Notes: generated from the letters alone by a model not told the origin. Positions 29,992 to 41,126 are shown, counted from the first letter of the stretch. The stretch: DNA of 64,000 nucleotides from an uncultured archaeon (GCA_964458565.1 CAYWJO010000007.1:1-64000); one strand, 5' to 3'. Made by a program: numbers and translations.

Positions 29992-31184
29992 ATGAAAGTA
30001 GAGAAAGCGATCTTCATTGTGTTTTTCCTATCTCTATCGCTTGCATTCTTATTCTCAGAAAACCGCCTCGATGTAACTGATACATCTCCTTCCATTATAC
30101 AACCATCTTCAATTTTGAGTGAAGCAGAAGCATTTACCTATATTAATGAGGTATCATCTTGGAACTATGGATATATCGATGAGAAGCACCCTGGAGAACC
30201 CGGATTCAGCCTTCCGAATCTCCAAACTGACGATAACATGAATGCTTTACTCTCTGAAGCATCAATTCTTTTTGTAAAACGATTCGAATATACATTCAGG
30301 ATTCCGTGTGATTCTTGGTCCACCTATCAAACATATGAACTACAGGTTGAAGGTTATTGTGATCGGGGCCCTGAACCACTTCAATTCTTCTGGGGTGTTT
30401 CCGATTCAACCACAGATTCTCTACTTGGGACAATTGAAATCGACGAAATCACCCCTATTCAAAAGTCATGGCCAATAGATGTTACTGGATACGATTCAAT
30501 ATATATCCGAGTTGTCGATAGTTAGTATACAGCAACGGATGGAGCACATAGCTGTTGGTATCTAGATTACATTCGACTACGATTCTCGGATGCGTACACC
30601 TATGTCAACAGTTACCTTGAGGTGACCACATTATATGACGATGACAATCTGTATCCTGGAAAGGGAATAGCAGGAAATTCCTTTTACGAATTCAGGTTCT
30701 CTGCCACTGATGCAGATGGCGGGAATACAATAAGCAGAATGGAGCTGCAATGTCTAAAGGAATCGAATGGAAATGAGCTCTGTCAGTAGTCATGGATGAT
30801 TTGGAATTCTCCTCAAGCGATAATTCTGTGGGTGCCTCATGGATTTCAATTGTACCTGACGAATGCATTGTCACAACACACCAATCCAGTCGTTTAGTGA
30901 CATTTGCAGTACGAATAACGTATTTTCACCCAGAGGAAAGCAATCCGGATTGGAGGATTATAGCATCTACTCCCACAGATTCGGACTCCAAAACATTAGA
31001 TCATATATGGAATGACGAGCTACAGAAGGATGTTGATGTCCACACCCAACTTGATTGGGAATCTTTCACATCAAACGAACAAGACCACTGCGATCCAGTG
31101 ACATCGATCGATATTCAGGGGCTTGTAGTATTTACCGCATCATCATCAGGAGAACGCGCTGGAAATGACATTTACTGTTCCTGA
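29992..31184 (+). pseudogene. Disrupted secreted/surface protein
   Basis: Signal peptide; in-frame TAG at 30523 with the frame open beyond it; frameshift near 30780 into the 30792 ORF. Confidence 0.7.
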
Positions 31185-31714
31185 AAAATATAAGGATATT
31201 ATTCATATGATTTAAAGTTGCTATTATTCGGTTGCCATATTCTTTATCTTTATGATGATACTCAAGAAACACTCTTGGTATAGAAGATTCAAACTCACCC
31301 ATTACTAACAACTTCTTCTATTCGGATGATACTTTTATCTTAAATTAAGCTCTATTAAGTTAAATATAATGGAAGAGCTGGCACTCAGGAGGGTTCTATT
31401 TAGTGAAAGGTGGTATGAATAGTTTCGTGTATCTGTCCCTGACCCTAGCATTCTCTCGATAGGAAAACAACTGAAAGAAGCACCTTAGACTATATGAGTC
31501 ATCTTGTACTAGTATGAGAGGCTTCAATTCTAACAGAATCCTGTGCACACAAATCCATCACCTTCGAAACAGAAGACCTGTGCATTCCTCTGATCTTACT
31601 CAGAGATGTGAGAGTAATGGGTAGACAGTATATGCCTTCCGAATGGCTGTAGAGAAGGAACTCTCCACATGAAAAGAATTTCAACTAACTCTTGAATCTT
31701 AGTTGAAATAGTAG

Positions 31715-31746
31715 AAAAAAAGCTGAGAAAGTTATTCTTTCTCAGC
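31715..31746 (-). terminator. Perfect 10-bp hairpin plus U7 tract ending the ABC-module transcript
   Basis: GCTGAGAAAG-TTATT-CTTTCTCAGC preceded by A7 on the + strand. Confidence 0.7.
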
Positions 31747-31769
31747 AATAGTATGTTGTATGTGTTATA

Positions 31770-32456
31770 TCAAGACCATACGTTTATCTCATTTACATCA
31801 AAGTTGATATATTGAGGATCTCCTATTTCACCAGTTTCACCATAAGCATATCCTCCATAATATAACTTGATGTAAATCGTCACTGCTGCATAGTAAGTTG
31901 TATCTGCTTGTAGTTCCCAATTCCAATAGACACTGTTACTTCCATCTTCAGATACTGAATCTGTTGATTCATCATAGTTTCCGGGATCAGTACATGTCAC
32001 CTCATCGTGGAGTATATTCTTCTTGAACTCTATTTCATTCAGAGAACTGGACAGCAAATAATATCTAACCCATATTTTTGCATAACCTCCAGACACTACA
32101 CCAGCAAGGATATGATAGTTCAAGTTCCAATCTGCAGAGCAATGGACTCTCCCGGTGGAAGGTGGAGTGAACTGCATTGCAACAAACAACTTTGCAAAGT
32201 GCACACTTGCAGAATCCCACTGACCATAGACCTCAATCTCACCAGTAAGATAACTAGCTGTTCTTAATGAAAATGCCCAGATGGAGTAAACACCGTTAAC
32301 TGTACTATAATCGGTACTATCATTTTCTGTGAATGAATAAGCTGAAACACCTGGAGCAATCATTCCAAAAACAAGAACTACTAAAAGTATGGATTTGAAT
32401 CTCCTATACCTCATCGTAAATTCCTCATTATTCACAATATTAGAAATATTGTGCAA
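31770..32456 (-). CDS. Secreted beta-rich hypothetical protein
   Basis: Signal peptide MRYRRFKSILLVVLVFGMIAPGVSA; true start probably at this Met. Confidence 0.75.
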   Translation of the reverse strand: MHNISNIVNNEEFTMRYRRFKSILLVVLVFGMIAPGVSAYSFTENDSTDYSTVNGVYSIWAFSLRTASYLTGEIEVYGQWDSASVHFAKLFVAMQFTPPSTGRVHCSADWNLNYHILAGVVSGGYAKIWVRYYLLSSSLNEIEFKKNILHDEVTCTDPGNYDESTDSVSEDGSNSVYWNWELQADTTYYAAVTIYIKLYYGGYAYGETGEIGDPQYINFDVNEINVWS

Positions 32457-32581
32457 ATTAATTAAACATCTACTTATTTAAATGATTTGTGTACTTTTGT
32501 CATTATTGATTGTAATTCAAGCCCAGATAACGTACGATTAGATTGACGGATAATTCAAATATTAGTTAAATACCCCTATTC

Positions 32582-33127
32582 CTAAATCATCAAAATAGAT
32601 TTAGAATTACGTTTATGCTTAGTATATAACACCACCAAAATACCAAACACTCCTAATAGAGATAGCAATAAACCTATAGAGAACAAACCTACATCAGGCA
32701 GAGTTGGTGTAATTGTAATAATGCAATTTATTTCCTCAGTAGAATTATCAGGCTTCAGCAGGATTACAAGCCAACGATTATTTTGAGTTCTAATAAGACC
32801 GTCGTAGGAAGTAATGTTTTGATGAATTTCATAAACACTTACGTTTTCCAGAGATTGCTCCGCGAACGCTCTTATTCCATTTTCATAATCTAGTAGATAA
32901 AGGGTGAATGTATGGTTCATGATTTCTCTAACTCTGATATATTTCATATTGCTACATTCAAAAAAACGTCCCTCATACTCTTCTGGATTCTCGATATGGA
33001 TACGTGTCATTTGTGAAATATCGATAAAAGCCACTGTATAGGATAGTATAATAAAAGTAATCCCAGTCAAAACGAATAGTGTTTGTAATCTCATATATTT
33101 CATTCTATACATCCATCCTCCATACAA
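32582..33127 (-). CDS. 2-TM membrane protein with extracellular beta domain; paralogue of 34914-35432
   Basis: Shared TLY.LD..NG.RA..E.SLENVS motif. Confidence 0.75.
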   Translation of the reverse strand: MYGGWMYRMKYMRLQTLFVLTGITFIILSYTVAFIDISQMTRIHIENPEEYEGRFFECSNMKYIRVREIMNHTFTLYLLDYENGIRAFAEQSLENVSVYEIHQNITSYDGLIRTQNNRWLVILLKPDNSTEEINCIITITPTLPDVGLFSIGLLLSLLGVFGILVVLYTKHKRNSKSILMI

Positions 33128-33950
33128 ATACCAAAGAAACTAAAAACATGCATATTCCCAACAGTAGGCTTCCCAACAGACCATAAAGTAAATCCATTGG
33201 TAGGATCTCATAAACGAACACCCCAATATAGGCATAGCCTTGAAAGAAAGCAGTGGATAAATAAACTGGATTCAATATTCCACGTAAAATTGCGGGTTGA
33301 TAAGTGATGAAGTAGCTCACAAATAGAAACAGTGAGGTCAGACTCAGACCTCCAAGTGCTGTGTAAGAAGACTTCCTGGTTATTATTGCAATCAGCACAG
33401 AGACAGAAATAACAAAGATTACGCTGATATTGAATGCGACAAGTAAGATGATGAATACAATGAAATTATTACCTCCTCCCAAAAGAAAGTAGGGAATTAT
33501 AATTCCTAATGTTGAGGGGCCGCAAGTAAGAGCCCAGATAATAAAGATTCTAATTAGTATTATCTCAATTCTACCAATTGGGTATGAAATATATCTCCGA
33601 AATAGATTGGATTCAAAATCATGCGCGATTTGAAAGGACACCATGAGGGGGATGATGCCATATAGAACAAGAGTCAGAGCGTTAAGCGGTGCTGAGATAT
33701 GAAAGATATCTATATCTTCAAGTTTATGCAATACTTCCGTTATGGAATCTTGGGATATGTCAAGTTCAGGTACCAAGTAAATACCAACAAGACGAAACTG
33801 ACTATAAACACCTACAATAGCTAGGGAAATAAGGAATATAAGTAGTAATTCTATTCGAGGAAAGGGAAACGAGACATCTAGCTCGAATTTGAAAAGTGCT
33901 TTCAGATGTTTGAATTTATTCCTCATTATCAACCACCCTTCTAAAAGCAC
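33105..33950 (-). CDS. ABC-2 type permease
   Basis: Multi-TM; FES..FRRYISYPIGR motif. Confidence 0.8.
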   Translation of the reverse strand: MLLEGWLIMRNKFKHLKALFKFELDVSFPFPRIELLLIFLISLAIVGVYSQFRLVGIYLVPELDISQDSITEVLHKLEDIDIFHISAPLNALTLVLYGIIPLMVSFQIAHDFESNLFRRYISYPIGRIEIILIRIFIIWALTCGPSTLGIIIPYFLLGGGNNFIVFIILLVAFNISVIFVISVSVLIAIITRKSSYTALGGLSLTSLFLFVSYFITYQPAILRGILNPVYLSTAFFQGYAYIGVFVYEILPMDLLYGLLGSLLLGICMFLVSLVFVWRMDV

Positions 33951-34875
33951 CCTCGAGAGAACTTCTTCGCTCTATTGAATAAACTCTGATATCATCGCGA
34001 TCCGATATAGCTGAAACTATCTCAGTGAGGTCTTGTTCTGTGAACTCCGAGCCTATTTCGACAACCAAAGATCTACTCCCTGAAATCTGTACATTGTTGA
34101 TACATTCCTCGTTCTTGAGGTCTCGTTGAAGTAGTGTAGGATTTGATACAACGATGATATACTCATTTGGCACCTCTGCCCATACGACATCAAGGATATC
34201 TCCTTGTTTTACTATCCGTCCTTTATTCAAGAATGCAACAGATGTACACACCTTCTCTAAATCACTCAGAACGTGCGAGGCAATAAGGAAAGAGGTTCCT
34301 GACTTCTGATGAAGTTCAACTATTAGATTAAGAATAGCTTCACGCCCTAAAACATCCAGATTTGAAGTAGGTTCGTCAAGGAGGATGAGTCTTGGATGTC
34401 CAATGAGTGCCTGTGCCAGCCCCAGACGTTGGATCATTCCTGCTGAAAATGTCTTTACTTTTCTGTCTGCAGCCTCTGATAATCCCACTAGTGCGAGGTA
34501 TTCTTCTGGATCTCCTGACGAATCGTAGAGATCAGATATATGTTGAAGATATGTTCTTGCAGAGAGATGCTTCGGATATATTGGACGTTCATGAAGAACA
34601 CCCATAATTCTTCTGATCTCCAAAGAATGGTCATGAATACTTTGTCCGCACACATATGCTTCTCCAGAATCGGGAGAAATGAGTCCTATCAAGATTCGAA
34701 ATAGAGTCGTTTTTCCAGCACCGTTAGGTCCAATCAAGCCAAAAATTCCTTCAGGTATTTCCATTGTTACACCATTCAATGCAGTTACATCATTGAAGTG
34801 CTTCACGAGTTCATGAGTTGACACCATTATTTCGCTACACATAATATCACCTTGGCACCATATTTGATTAGCCAC
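33916..34875 (-). CDS. ABC transporter ATP-binding protein (exporter type)
   Basis: GPNGAGKTT, FSAGM, LLDEP, SH. Confidence 0.95.
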   Translation of the reverse strand: MANQIWCQGDIMCSEIMVSTHELVKHFNDVTALNGVTMEIPEGIFGLIGPNGAGKTTLFRILIGLISPDSGEAYVCGQSIHDHSLEIRRIMGVLHERPIYPKHLSARTYLQHISDLYDSSGDPEEYLALVGLSEAADRKVKTFSAGMIQRLGLAQALIGHPRLILLDEPTSNLDVLGREAILNLIVELHQKSGTSFLIASHVLSDLEKVCTSVAFLNKGRIVKQGDILDVVWAEVPNEYIIVVSNPTLLQRDLKNEECINNVQISGSRSLVVEIGSEFTEQDLTEIVSAISDRDDIRVYSIERRSSLEGAFRRVVDNEE

Positions 34876-34913
34876 TCATTTATTATATCAAAGCTCAATT
34901 TCGATTGCCCGCT

Positions 34914-35432
34914 CTAGGTTTGACCATTTTTAGAAACATGAGATACATCTCCTATTACTCTTCGTTCTGAAACCATCTTATATAATTTAAAGAAGATACA
35001 ACAGCTAATGAGAGATAAACCTAGTATGAGAGGTCCAATGTGGGGAATATTCCTACTGATATTGATATCATATCTTATGACTGTGTACTCTGCATTAGAC
35101 GATGTGACGAGTATAGTGTACCATCCTGGTTTGGGGATAATGATGTTAGTATCTATATATGACAGATTCTCAAAGCTGCACAAATATGAGACATTTTCGA
35201 GAGAGCTCTCATTGATTGCTCTATAACCATTGTCAAAATCAAGAATGTACAATGTTAGATTTCTGTTATCAACCCCCCATGCTTGAATATGTAATCCCTC
35301 CGTCACTGCTACGAAATGTCCACGATACTCTCCATAGGATATTAACTTTCCTGAGGTAGCTGAACCACTGGGCAGACAGGAGATAATCAAAAAGGTCACA
35401 CCAAGACCAAAAATTAGTTTCAAACTACGCAA
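34914..35432 (-). CDS. Membrane-anchored hypothetical protein; paralogue of 32582-33127
   Basis: Signal peptide plus C-terminal TM; shared motif. Confidence 0.75.
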   Translation of the reverse strand: MRSLKLIFGLGVTFLIISCLPSGSATSGKLISYGEYRGHFVAVTEGLHIQAWGVDNRNLTLYILDFDNGYRAINESSLENVSYLCSFENLSYIDTNIIIPKPGWYTILVTSSNAEYTVIRYDINISRNIPHIGPLILGLSLISCCIFFKLYKMVSERRVIGDVSHVSKNGQT

Positions 35433-35443
35433 TATCTCTCACC

Positions 35444-36262
35444 TCATTCTACCTCGACACTATTAAACCTGACCACTGATATAACTAGGAGGAGTAGAGC
35501 GAATATAAAACAGCATTCCATTGAGAGAAGAAGCAGAGGGAGACCTAAAGACATCCCTGATAAATAAGATTGAACTCCCATGTAGATGTTGGTTGCATAA
35601 ATTGGATTGACGATTCCGAGTAGCTGTATTGGAAGTAACCTTGCATTTGATGCCAAGAATAAGACATAGCATATCGCAAGACTAAGAAATGTGCCCTTCA
35701 TCAGACTTTTTGTCTGAATTGCTACTAATATAGAAATTGCGATGTTAAAAAAGACAACAAGTAGTAAGGAGACACTCAATAATATGTGTGTGGTGACAGA
35801 GATTGAATTTTGTAGAAACCAAAAAGTACCAAGCAATAGACCAAAGACAGAAGGAATTGCAATGATGGAGAACACGATCAGTACTTTAGCAAATAAAACT
35901 GAATTTCTTGTTATGGGGAGTGAAAGTAGGTTCCGTAGAGTTCCATTCTCAAAGGAACTAGCAAATGTGATGGAAATTACAAGAGGGATGATTGAAACAA
36001 TGAGGTAGCTCATAATATATGTTGATGTCCACATAGCATTAAGCGTAACTCTATTCATAATCTTAGTGAATTGCCCAGTCCCTGGCAAATTACTAGGACT
36101 TCCAAGCTGAAATCCAGTGTAAACACTTGCAAATGCAGTCAACAATAGGAGAGAATATACGATGAGGATCAAGGCGATTAGAGAAGATAGTGCGAAGGGA
36201 GGCCAAGACTCATCAAGTTCGAGCTTTGATATATTGATGCCATACCGAAAACGTTCTCTCAT
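35444..36262 (-). CDS. ABC-2 type permease
   Basis: FENGTLRNLLSLPITR...AK motif; multi-TM. Confidence 0.85.
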   Translation of the reverse strand: MRERFRYGINISKLELDESWPPFALSSLIALILIVYSLLLLTAFASVYTGFQLGSPSNLPGTGQFTKIMNRVTLNAMWTSTYIMSYLIVSIIPLVISITFASSFENGTLRNLLSLPITRNSVLFAKVLIVFSIIAIPSVFGLLLGTFWFLQNSISVTTHILLSVSLLLVVFFNIAISILVAIQTKSLMKGTFLSLAICYVLFLASNARLLPIQLLGIVNPIYATNIYMGVQSYLSGMSLGLPLLLLSMECCFIFALLLLVISVVRFNSVEVE

Positions 36263-36678
36263 TTGTATAACAAATCCCCTTTATTAATTCGGACATATTC
36301 ATTTAAGAATCTTCTTTATCAGATAGAATACAGCTAACTTTCATTTTGACAACAATTCTCTCTCTGAAGAGCAACCATTATCCATCATTAGTATGAAATG
36401 TCATTATTAAAACGGAATGCTACACACGAGTCTGTCACTTTAGTAATTAATTGAATTAGAATGAGTAGTATAAGTGCTACAACTAAGCCTTTCTTCCGAA
36501 ATTTATATCTTATTCTTTTTCCTCCAAATAGTATACACGACTTATGCTGTTTCCGTAAAGACATTAAAGCTATATACTGAATTTAGTATTCAAATGTGTG
36601 TCCTAGTAGATGACTTGGTCATATAATAGAACGGACTTTTCAAACTCAAACCATAAAAACCGATAATCCATTATTTGT

Positions 36679-37625
36679 ATGGGAGCTATTGTGTTCAGCG
36701 AACCGGGTGGTCAATCCAATCAAAGCAAACAAGGTACGACCCTTGAAAGTGATAGAAGAACATTGAAAGAGATCCTAATTACAGGAATCCTTTTCGGTCT
36801 CACTCTGAATCTCATCTCTGACTTTATCAGTTCGTTTCCCCTTCTTATATCAGATTCCGTTTAATTTCTTTGGATGTTGTCTTGGTTTGTGGGATCAGGG
36901 ATGGCAATTGTGTATTTGCTGACTCATCTATCTGGGCAGTATCTTAGAGAGGAATCTGAGATATCACACACAATCAACTCGGTGTTAATCTGGAATATAA
37001 AAGAGAGATGTATTGCCAAGAGAGATACTGGATATAGACCTCAATTGGATGTTATTGATTATGAGAAGGGCTTGTCTGATGAACAGAAAGCGAAGGTGTC
37101 AGAAGCCTTATCAAATGGTCTAGAAGGACTCAAAAACTCAAAACTACCCATGTTTACAATAGAAGCTGCATTAATGGATTTTTTGATTCGACGATCGGTA
37201 GTAGATAAAAAGATGGTAAAAGAAACTAGCGTGACGACCGAAAAGTCTTGTCTATTGGAAACCTACGCAATCTTATCCGTTCGGAAAATCAATCGATTTC
37301 GGAATATGCTACTGAGATGATGCAAATCGCTCTTGATAATCCTGATTCATTACTCATTGATGAAAATCGAATCATTAGGAAATTAGGTTTAAGGTGTAAA
37401 GAACCACGGATTGTGCAACTTATTTGGTTTGAAAAGACCAACCGTGTTTCAGCAACATGGACTTTGTATGTGAGCGATCAGATTTCAATTGCTAAATGGG
37501 GTCTATTAGCACTACCACATGACAACCTTAAGCGAATGAATCTTCTTGAGTGGATGTCAAAGAAACCGGATATAGTAGCAGAAGCAAGAAGACAATTAAT
37601 CATTGATGGACTATTGAAAGAATAA
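36679..37625 (+). pseudogene. Disrupted membrane protein
   Basis: 36679 and 36874 ORFs share a frame across a TAA; frameshift into the 37248 ORF. Confidence 0.55.
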
Positions 37626-37681
37626 TTGGCTAGACAGAATGTGTTATTAGTTTCTCTCATTGAAAAGCTTGTGTGAATCTC

Positions 37682-38512
37682 ATGTCCACATCCGAAAAGC
37701 ACTTTGCAAGATATTACCTCAGAGAAGAGAGTTTACCCACCGCATTCTGTCCTGGATGTGGGAATGGTACAATCACGAATTCGTTCCTCAAGGCAGTTAG
37801 TGATTTGGGTCATGAGGACTTGAGTAAGTTTGCATTTGTTTCTGGAATTGGGTGTGGAGCCTGGATCCCTTCCCCACACTTCAATGCAGACTCATTGCAC
37901 ACTACCCATGGACGTGCAGTAGCATTTGCTACCGGTCTCAAACTGGCCCGTTCTGAGCTGGAGGTGGTTGTGATAAGTGGAGATGGGGACCTTGCTGCTA
38001 TAGGTGGAAATCATCTGATTCATGCTGCACGACGTAACATCGACTTGACAGTTATTTGCAGTAACAATTACATCTACGGGATGACTGGGGGACAGGTTGG
38101 ACCAACAACCTTCACTCATGATCGAACTACTACTACCCCCTATGGGAATCCTGAACGTCCATTTGACCTTGCCAGACTTGTTACTGCAGCAGGAGCCAAT
38201 TATGTAGCTCGATGGACTACAGCTCACCCAATTCAAGCAGCACGTGCAATACGAACCGCACTTCAACGAAAGGGATTCTCTTTCATTGAGATGTTGAGCC
38301 AATGCCCGACTGCATATGGACGACGAACAAAGACTGGAGGTCCTATTGAATTCTTAGAATGGTTCAAGCGTTTGCCTGTACGTAAGAAGGATGATCCAAT
38401 CGAGTATAAAGTACCAACAAAGGATGGTATAGACCTCGGTGTATTTGCGGACAGACATGAAAAGGAATTCATAGAATCAATGAATGAGATCTATTCAGGT
38501 CTGAAGGAGTGA
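37682..38512 (+). CDS. 2-oxoacid:ferredoxin oxidoreductase beta subunit (KorB-like)
   Basis: FCPGCG, SGIGC, HGRA, SGDGD...NNYIYGMTGGQ TPP motif. Confidence 0.95.
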   Translation: MSTSEKHFARYYLREESLPTAFCPGCGNGTITNSFLKAVSDLGHEDLSKFAFVSGIGCGAWIPSPHFNADSLHTTHGRAVAFATGLKLARSELEVVVISGDGDLAAIGGNHLIHAARRNIDLTVICSNNYIYGMTGGQVGPTTFTHDRTTTTPYGNPERPFDLARLVTAAGANYVARWTTAHPIQAARAIRTALQRKGFSFIEMLSQCPTAYGRRTKTGGPIEFLEWFKRLPVRKKDDPIEYKVPTKDGIDLGVFADRHEKEFIESMNEIYSGLKE

Positions 38513-38518
38513 GAGTGT

Positions 38519-39046
38519 GTGAGGATAGAAATTCGTATTGCAGGTACGGGTGGCATGGGAGTAGTCCTCGCAGGAGTAATTATGGGTCACGCAGCAGTAG
38601 TTTATGGCGGGCTTGATGCAGTTCAAACACAGAGCTACGGCTCTGAGGCACGTGGTACTGCAGCCAAAAGTGAAGTAATTATAAGCGATCAGCCAATTCG
38701 ATATCCTAAGGTACGAAAGTCAGATTTTCTGATTGCAATGAGTCAAAAAGCATTTGATATGTACGCTCCAGATATCAGGGAGGGTAGTACTGTGATTGTA
38801 GATCAAGACCTTGTAGACTCCTCAAATTCTCCAATTACCTGTGAGATTGTGAAAGTACCAGCGATGCAAATTGCTGATGATCTAGGTCGTCGAATGATTT
38901 CGAATATGGTCATGCTCGGTGCATTAACAAAGAAGTCTAACGTTATACCAATGGACGTTCTTGAGAGGGCAGTAGCTGATATGGTACCTCCTAACACATT
39001 TGAACTTAACAAGAATGCAATCATGGCTGGAGCTAACTTTGTCTAA
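38519..39046 (+). CDS. 2-oxoacid:ferredoxin oxidoreductase gamma subunit (KorC-like)
   Basis: AGTGGMGVVLAG, QSYGSEARG, NMVMLG. Confidence 0.93.
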   Translation: MRIEIRIAGTGGMGVVLAGVIMGHAAVVYGGLDAVQTQSYGSEARGTAAKSEVIISDQPIRYPKVRKSDFLIAMSQKAFDMYAPDIREGSTVIVDQDLVDSSNSPITCEIVKVPAMQIADDLGRRMISNMVMLGALTKKSNVIPMDVLERAVADMVPPNTFELNKNAIMAGANFV

Positions 39047-39318
39047 CCTCCATGAATGAGTGGAAGTATCACAATTGTTTCTTCATTATACACATTGGTT
39101 TCCAACCCACCACTAAGCCCTATATCTGCATCATTTCTTAATATCAAAGCTTCACGGTCCATGGTCTGTACTTCTAACCAAAGGTTTCGCACCTCTTCGT
39201 TCTCATCAATCAACCTTTGAAGGATATCCAGTACTTTGGTTGGATTTTTAATTTGTATCTCGATTTGTCGGTTTCCCAATCGTGCAGCAATTGGGCCTCG
39301 TATCGTAATCTTGACCAT
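39043..39318 (-). CDS. MoaD/ThiS/SAMP ubiquitin-like protein
   Basis: 91 aa, beta-grasp pattern, ends ILPLIHGG. Confidence 0.88.
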   Translation of the reverse strand: MVKITIRGPIAARLGNRQIEIQIKNPTKVLDILQRLIDENEEVRNLWLEVQTMDREALILRNDADIGLSGGLETNVYNEETIVILPLIHGG

Positions 39319-39431
39319 GACGGATGACCTAAAATTTTGTCAGAGTATTTGAAAATAAAGGAGACGGAATCACCAAGCTCGAATACCTAGAGCAATCATC
39401 TTATCAAGCAAAGCATATGGTTTTCTGATTT

Positions 39432-40886
39432 ATGGCCGAGGAGTCCGAATCACAAGAGCTCATAGAGAGCACTTTTGCAAAAGTATTCGGTATAGCGCAG
39501 CCTACCGAAAATGCAGTTCGTCTTGTGAAGATACTATCAGTTCTCATGCCATCCTTTGCAGCCTCTTTTCAGATTTCAACCACGTTCTATATGATTTTCA
39601 TTGCAGAAACCCTTGGTGGTGACTATGTAACAGGTATTGCCTACGTTGGGATTCTGGTGACAATCCAACTCGCAATCCAAACACTCCTCGATTATCCCAC
39701 AGGTGCCATTGGTGACTGGATTGGACAAAGGTATGTGATTGCTTCAGCATTGCTCTGTTATTCTGTGGCTTTCTTCCTTACAGCTCAAATCACACCTGAA
39801 ACCCCTTTCGGTCTATTTGTTGTAATATATGTTCTATTTGGTCTTGGATCGTCACAGGAAAGTGGGGCATTCAATGCATGGTTCGACAATAATTATCGTG
39901 TTGCTATGCCTCATGATACGGATAGAAAACAGTATGGTGTGTTTTGGGGACGTGTTGGGATGGTATGGCAGGTCTCATCTACTTTAGTTTTAATACCTGG
40001 TTCTTATCTTGCTCTCATAACGGATAGAACTTGGGTATTCTTTTTACAATCAATCTTCTGCTTGATTCTATCAGTTGTTGTCATGATGGTTGTGAAGGAC
40101 CTACCTGGAGTAAGAGATCAGGACGAAGCTCGTCGCTCGCTTGGTGAATACAAAAACCTTCTAGTAGATGGTGTGAGGTTCCTGGGTTCTACACGATTTG
40201 TCACATTCATAATTCTTGGTGAGGTACTGCTCTGGTCTGTGGGTCCAGTTTGGTGGAACCTCCATCTTTTCCCATTTTATTATTGGTTCCTCCTGACCGA
40301 GGTAGCTGTATCCTCCTTCAGAACTCTGGTGTTTATTCCACAGGCGATAGCCAATGAACGCAGTGGCGTCTGGTCAAAGCGCTTCAGTCCCGAAAAATGG
40401 GTTCCCCGATTTAGATTTCTACAGTTTGGAGGTCCAGTTTTCTACATTATCATAGCAGCAATTGTTCATGTCTTTCCAGGAGCTGTGGAGGGAGTAGCTG
40501 TGATTCCCTTCCTAGATTTTCCAATTTCCACACTGATCCCTGTATTCCTAATCTTTGCAACCTTTGTAGGAGTAAGTATGTTTGGAGGATTTGCACAGAT
40601 ACTGACCCAACGTGTGATGTTAGATGTGATTCCAAACAGAATTAGAAATAGCATGTACTCACTCCAACCTACATTGGTAATGCTTCTATCTATGCCACTT
40701 CTTCTCTTCTTTGGCTGGTTGACATCAGAAAGCGGATTCACACTGCCGTTCATATTGTGTGGTTTAATCGCATTTTTCGGAATAGTCTTTATTGCGAAAG
40801 CATTCACATATCCAATCGTAAAAGCTGAGATTCAAGTTGCTGATGCCGAAGAGGCTGAAGTGGTAGAGGAGCTTGACGTAACTTAG
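39432..40886 (+). CDS. MFS transporter
   Basis: DYPTGAIGDWIGQR motif A; about 12 TM. Confidence 0.9.
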   Translation: MAEESESQELIESTFAKVFGIAQPTENAVRLVKILSVLMPSFAASFQISTTFYMIFIAETLGGDYVTGIAYVGILVTIQLAIQTLLDYPTGAIGDWIGQRYVIASALLCYSVAFFLTAQITPETPFGLFVVIYVLFGLGSSQESGAFNAWFDNNYRVAMPHDTDRKQYGVFWGRVGMVWQVSSTLVLIPGSYLALITDRTWVFFLQSIFCLILSVVVMMVVKDLPGVRDQDEARRSLGEYKNLLVDGVRFLGSTRFVTFIILGEVLLWSVGPVWWNLHLFPFYYWFLLTEVAVSSFRTLVFIPQAIANERSGVWSKRFSPEKWVPRFRFLQFGGPVFYIIIAAIVHVFPGAVEGVAVIPFLDFPISTLIPVFLIFATFVGVSMFGGFAQILTQRVMLDVIPNRIRNSMYSLQPTLVMLLSMPLLLFFGWLTSESGFTLPFILCGLIAFFGIVFIAKAFTYPIVKAEIQVADAEEAEVVEELDVT

Positions 40887-41011
40887 TCATTGTTATTTTA
40901 ATGGAAAAAGGAGCTAAAACCATTTACAATCAAGAATAATTTATCCGATTTCTCATAGACGTTCAATCAGAAAACTTTATCTCAGAATCATCGAGGATGC
41001 TGGTTACACAA

Positions 41012-41119
41012 GCCCCAGTAGCTTAGACCGGTTAGATCGCTTCCTTGGTAAATGTGTGGGCTTTCCCCACATGTCTGGTTAGGAAGAGGCCGCGAGTTCA
41101 AATCTCGCCTGGGGCTCCA
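41012..41119 (+). tRNA. tRNA-Thr(GGT) with 30-nt canonical intron (41051-41080); CCA encoded
   Basis: GCCCCAG/CTGGGGC acceptor stem; CTTCC-TT-GGT-A|A-GGAAG; BHB motif. Confidence 0.92.
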
Positions 41120-41126
41120 TTATCTC

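Larger units (their letters stand above)
29640..37680. mobile_element. AT-rich genomic island (~8 kb) between two versions of the korB 5' end
   Basis: Visible composition shift, pseudogenes, gene-start duplication at the borders; no integrase seen. Confidence 0.55.

Noticed and set aside
30523-30525. In-frame TAG with a continuing open frame, suggesting pyrrolysine or amber read-through
   Set aside because: The same gene also has a frameshift near 30780, many core genes here end in TAG, and no pyl genes are visible; a pseudogene is simpler
31715-31746. Hairpin as a SECIS element
   Set aside because: No in-frame TGA selenoprotein candidate nearby; the U-tract fits a terminator
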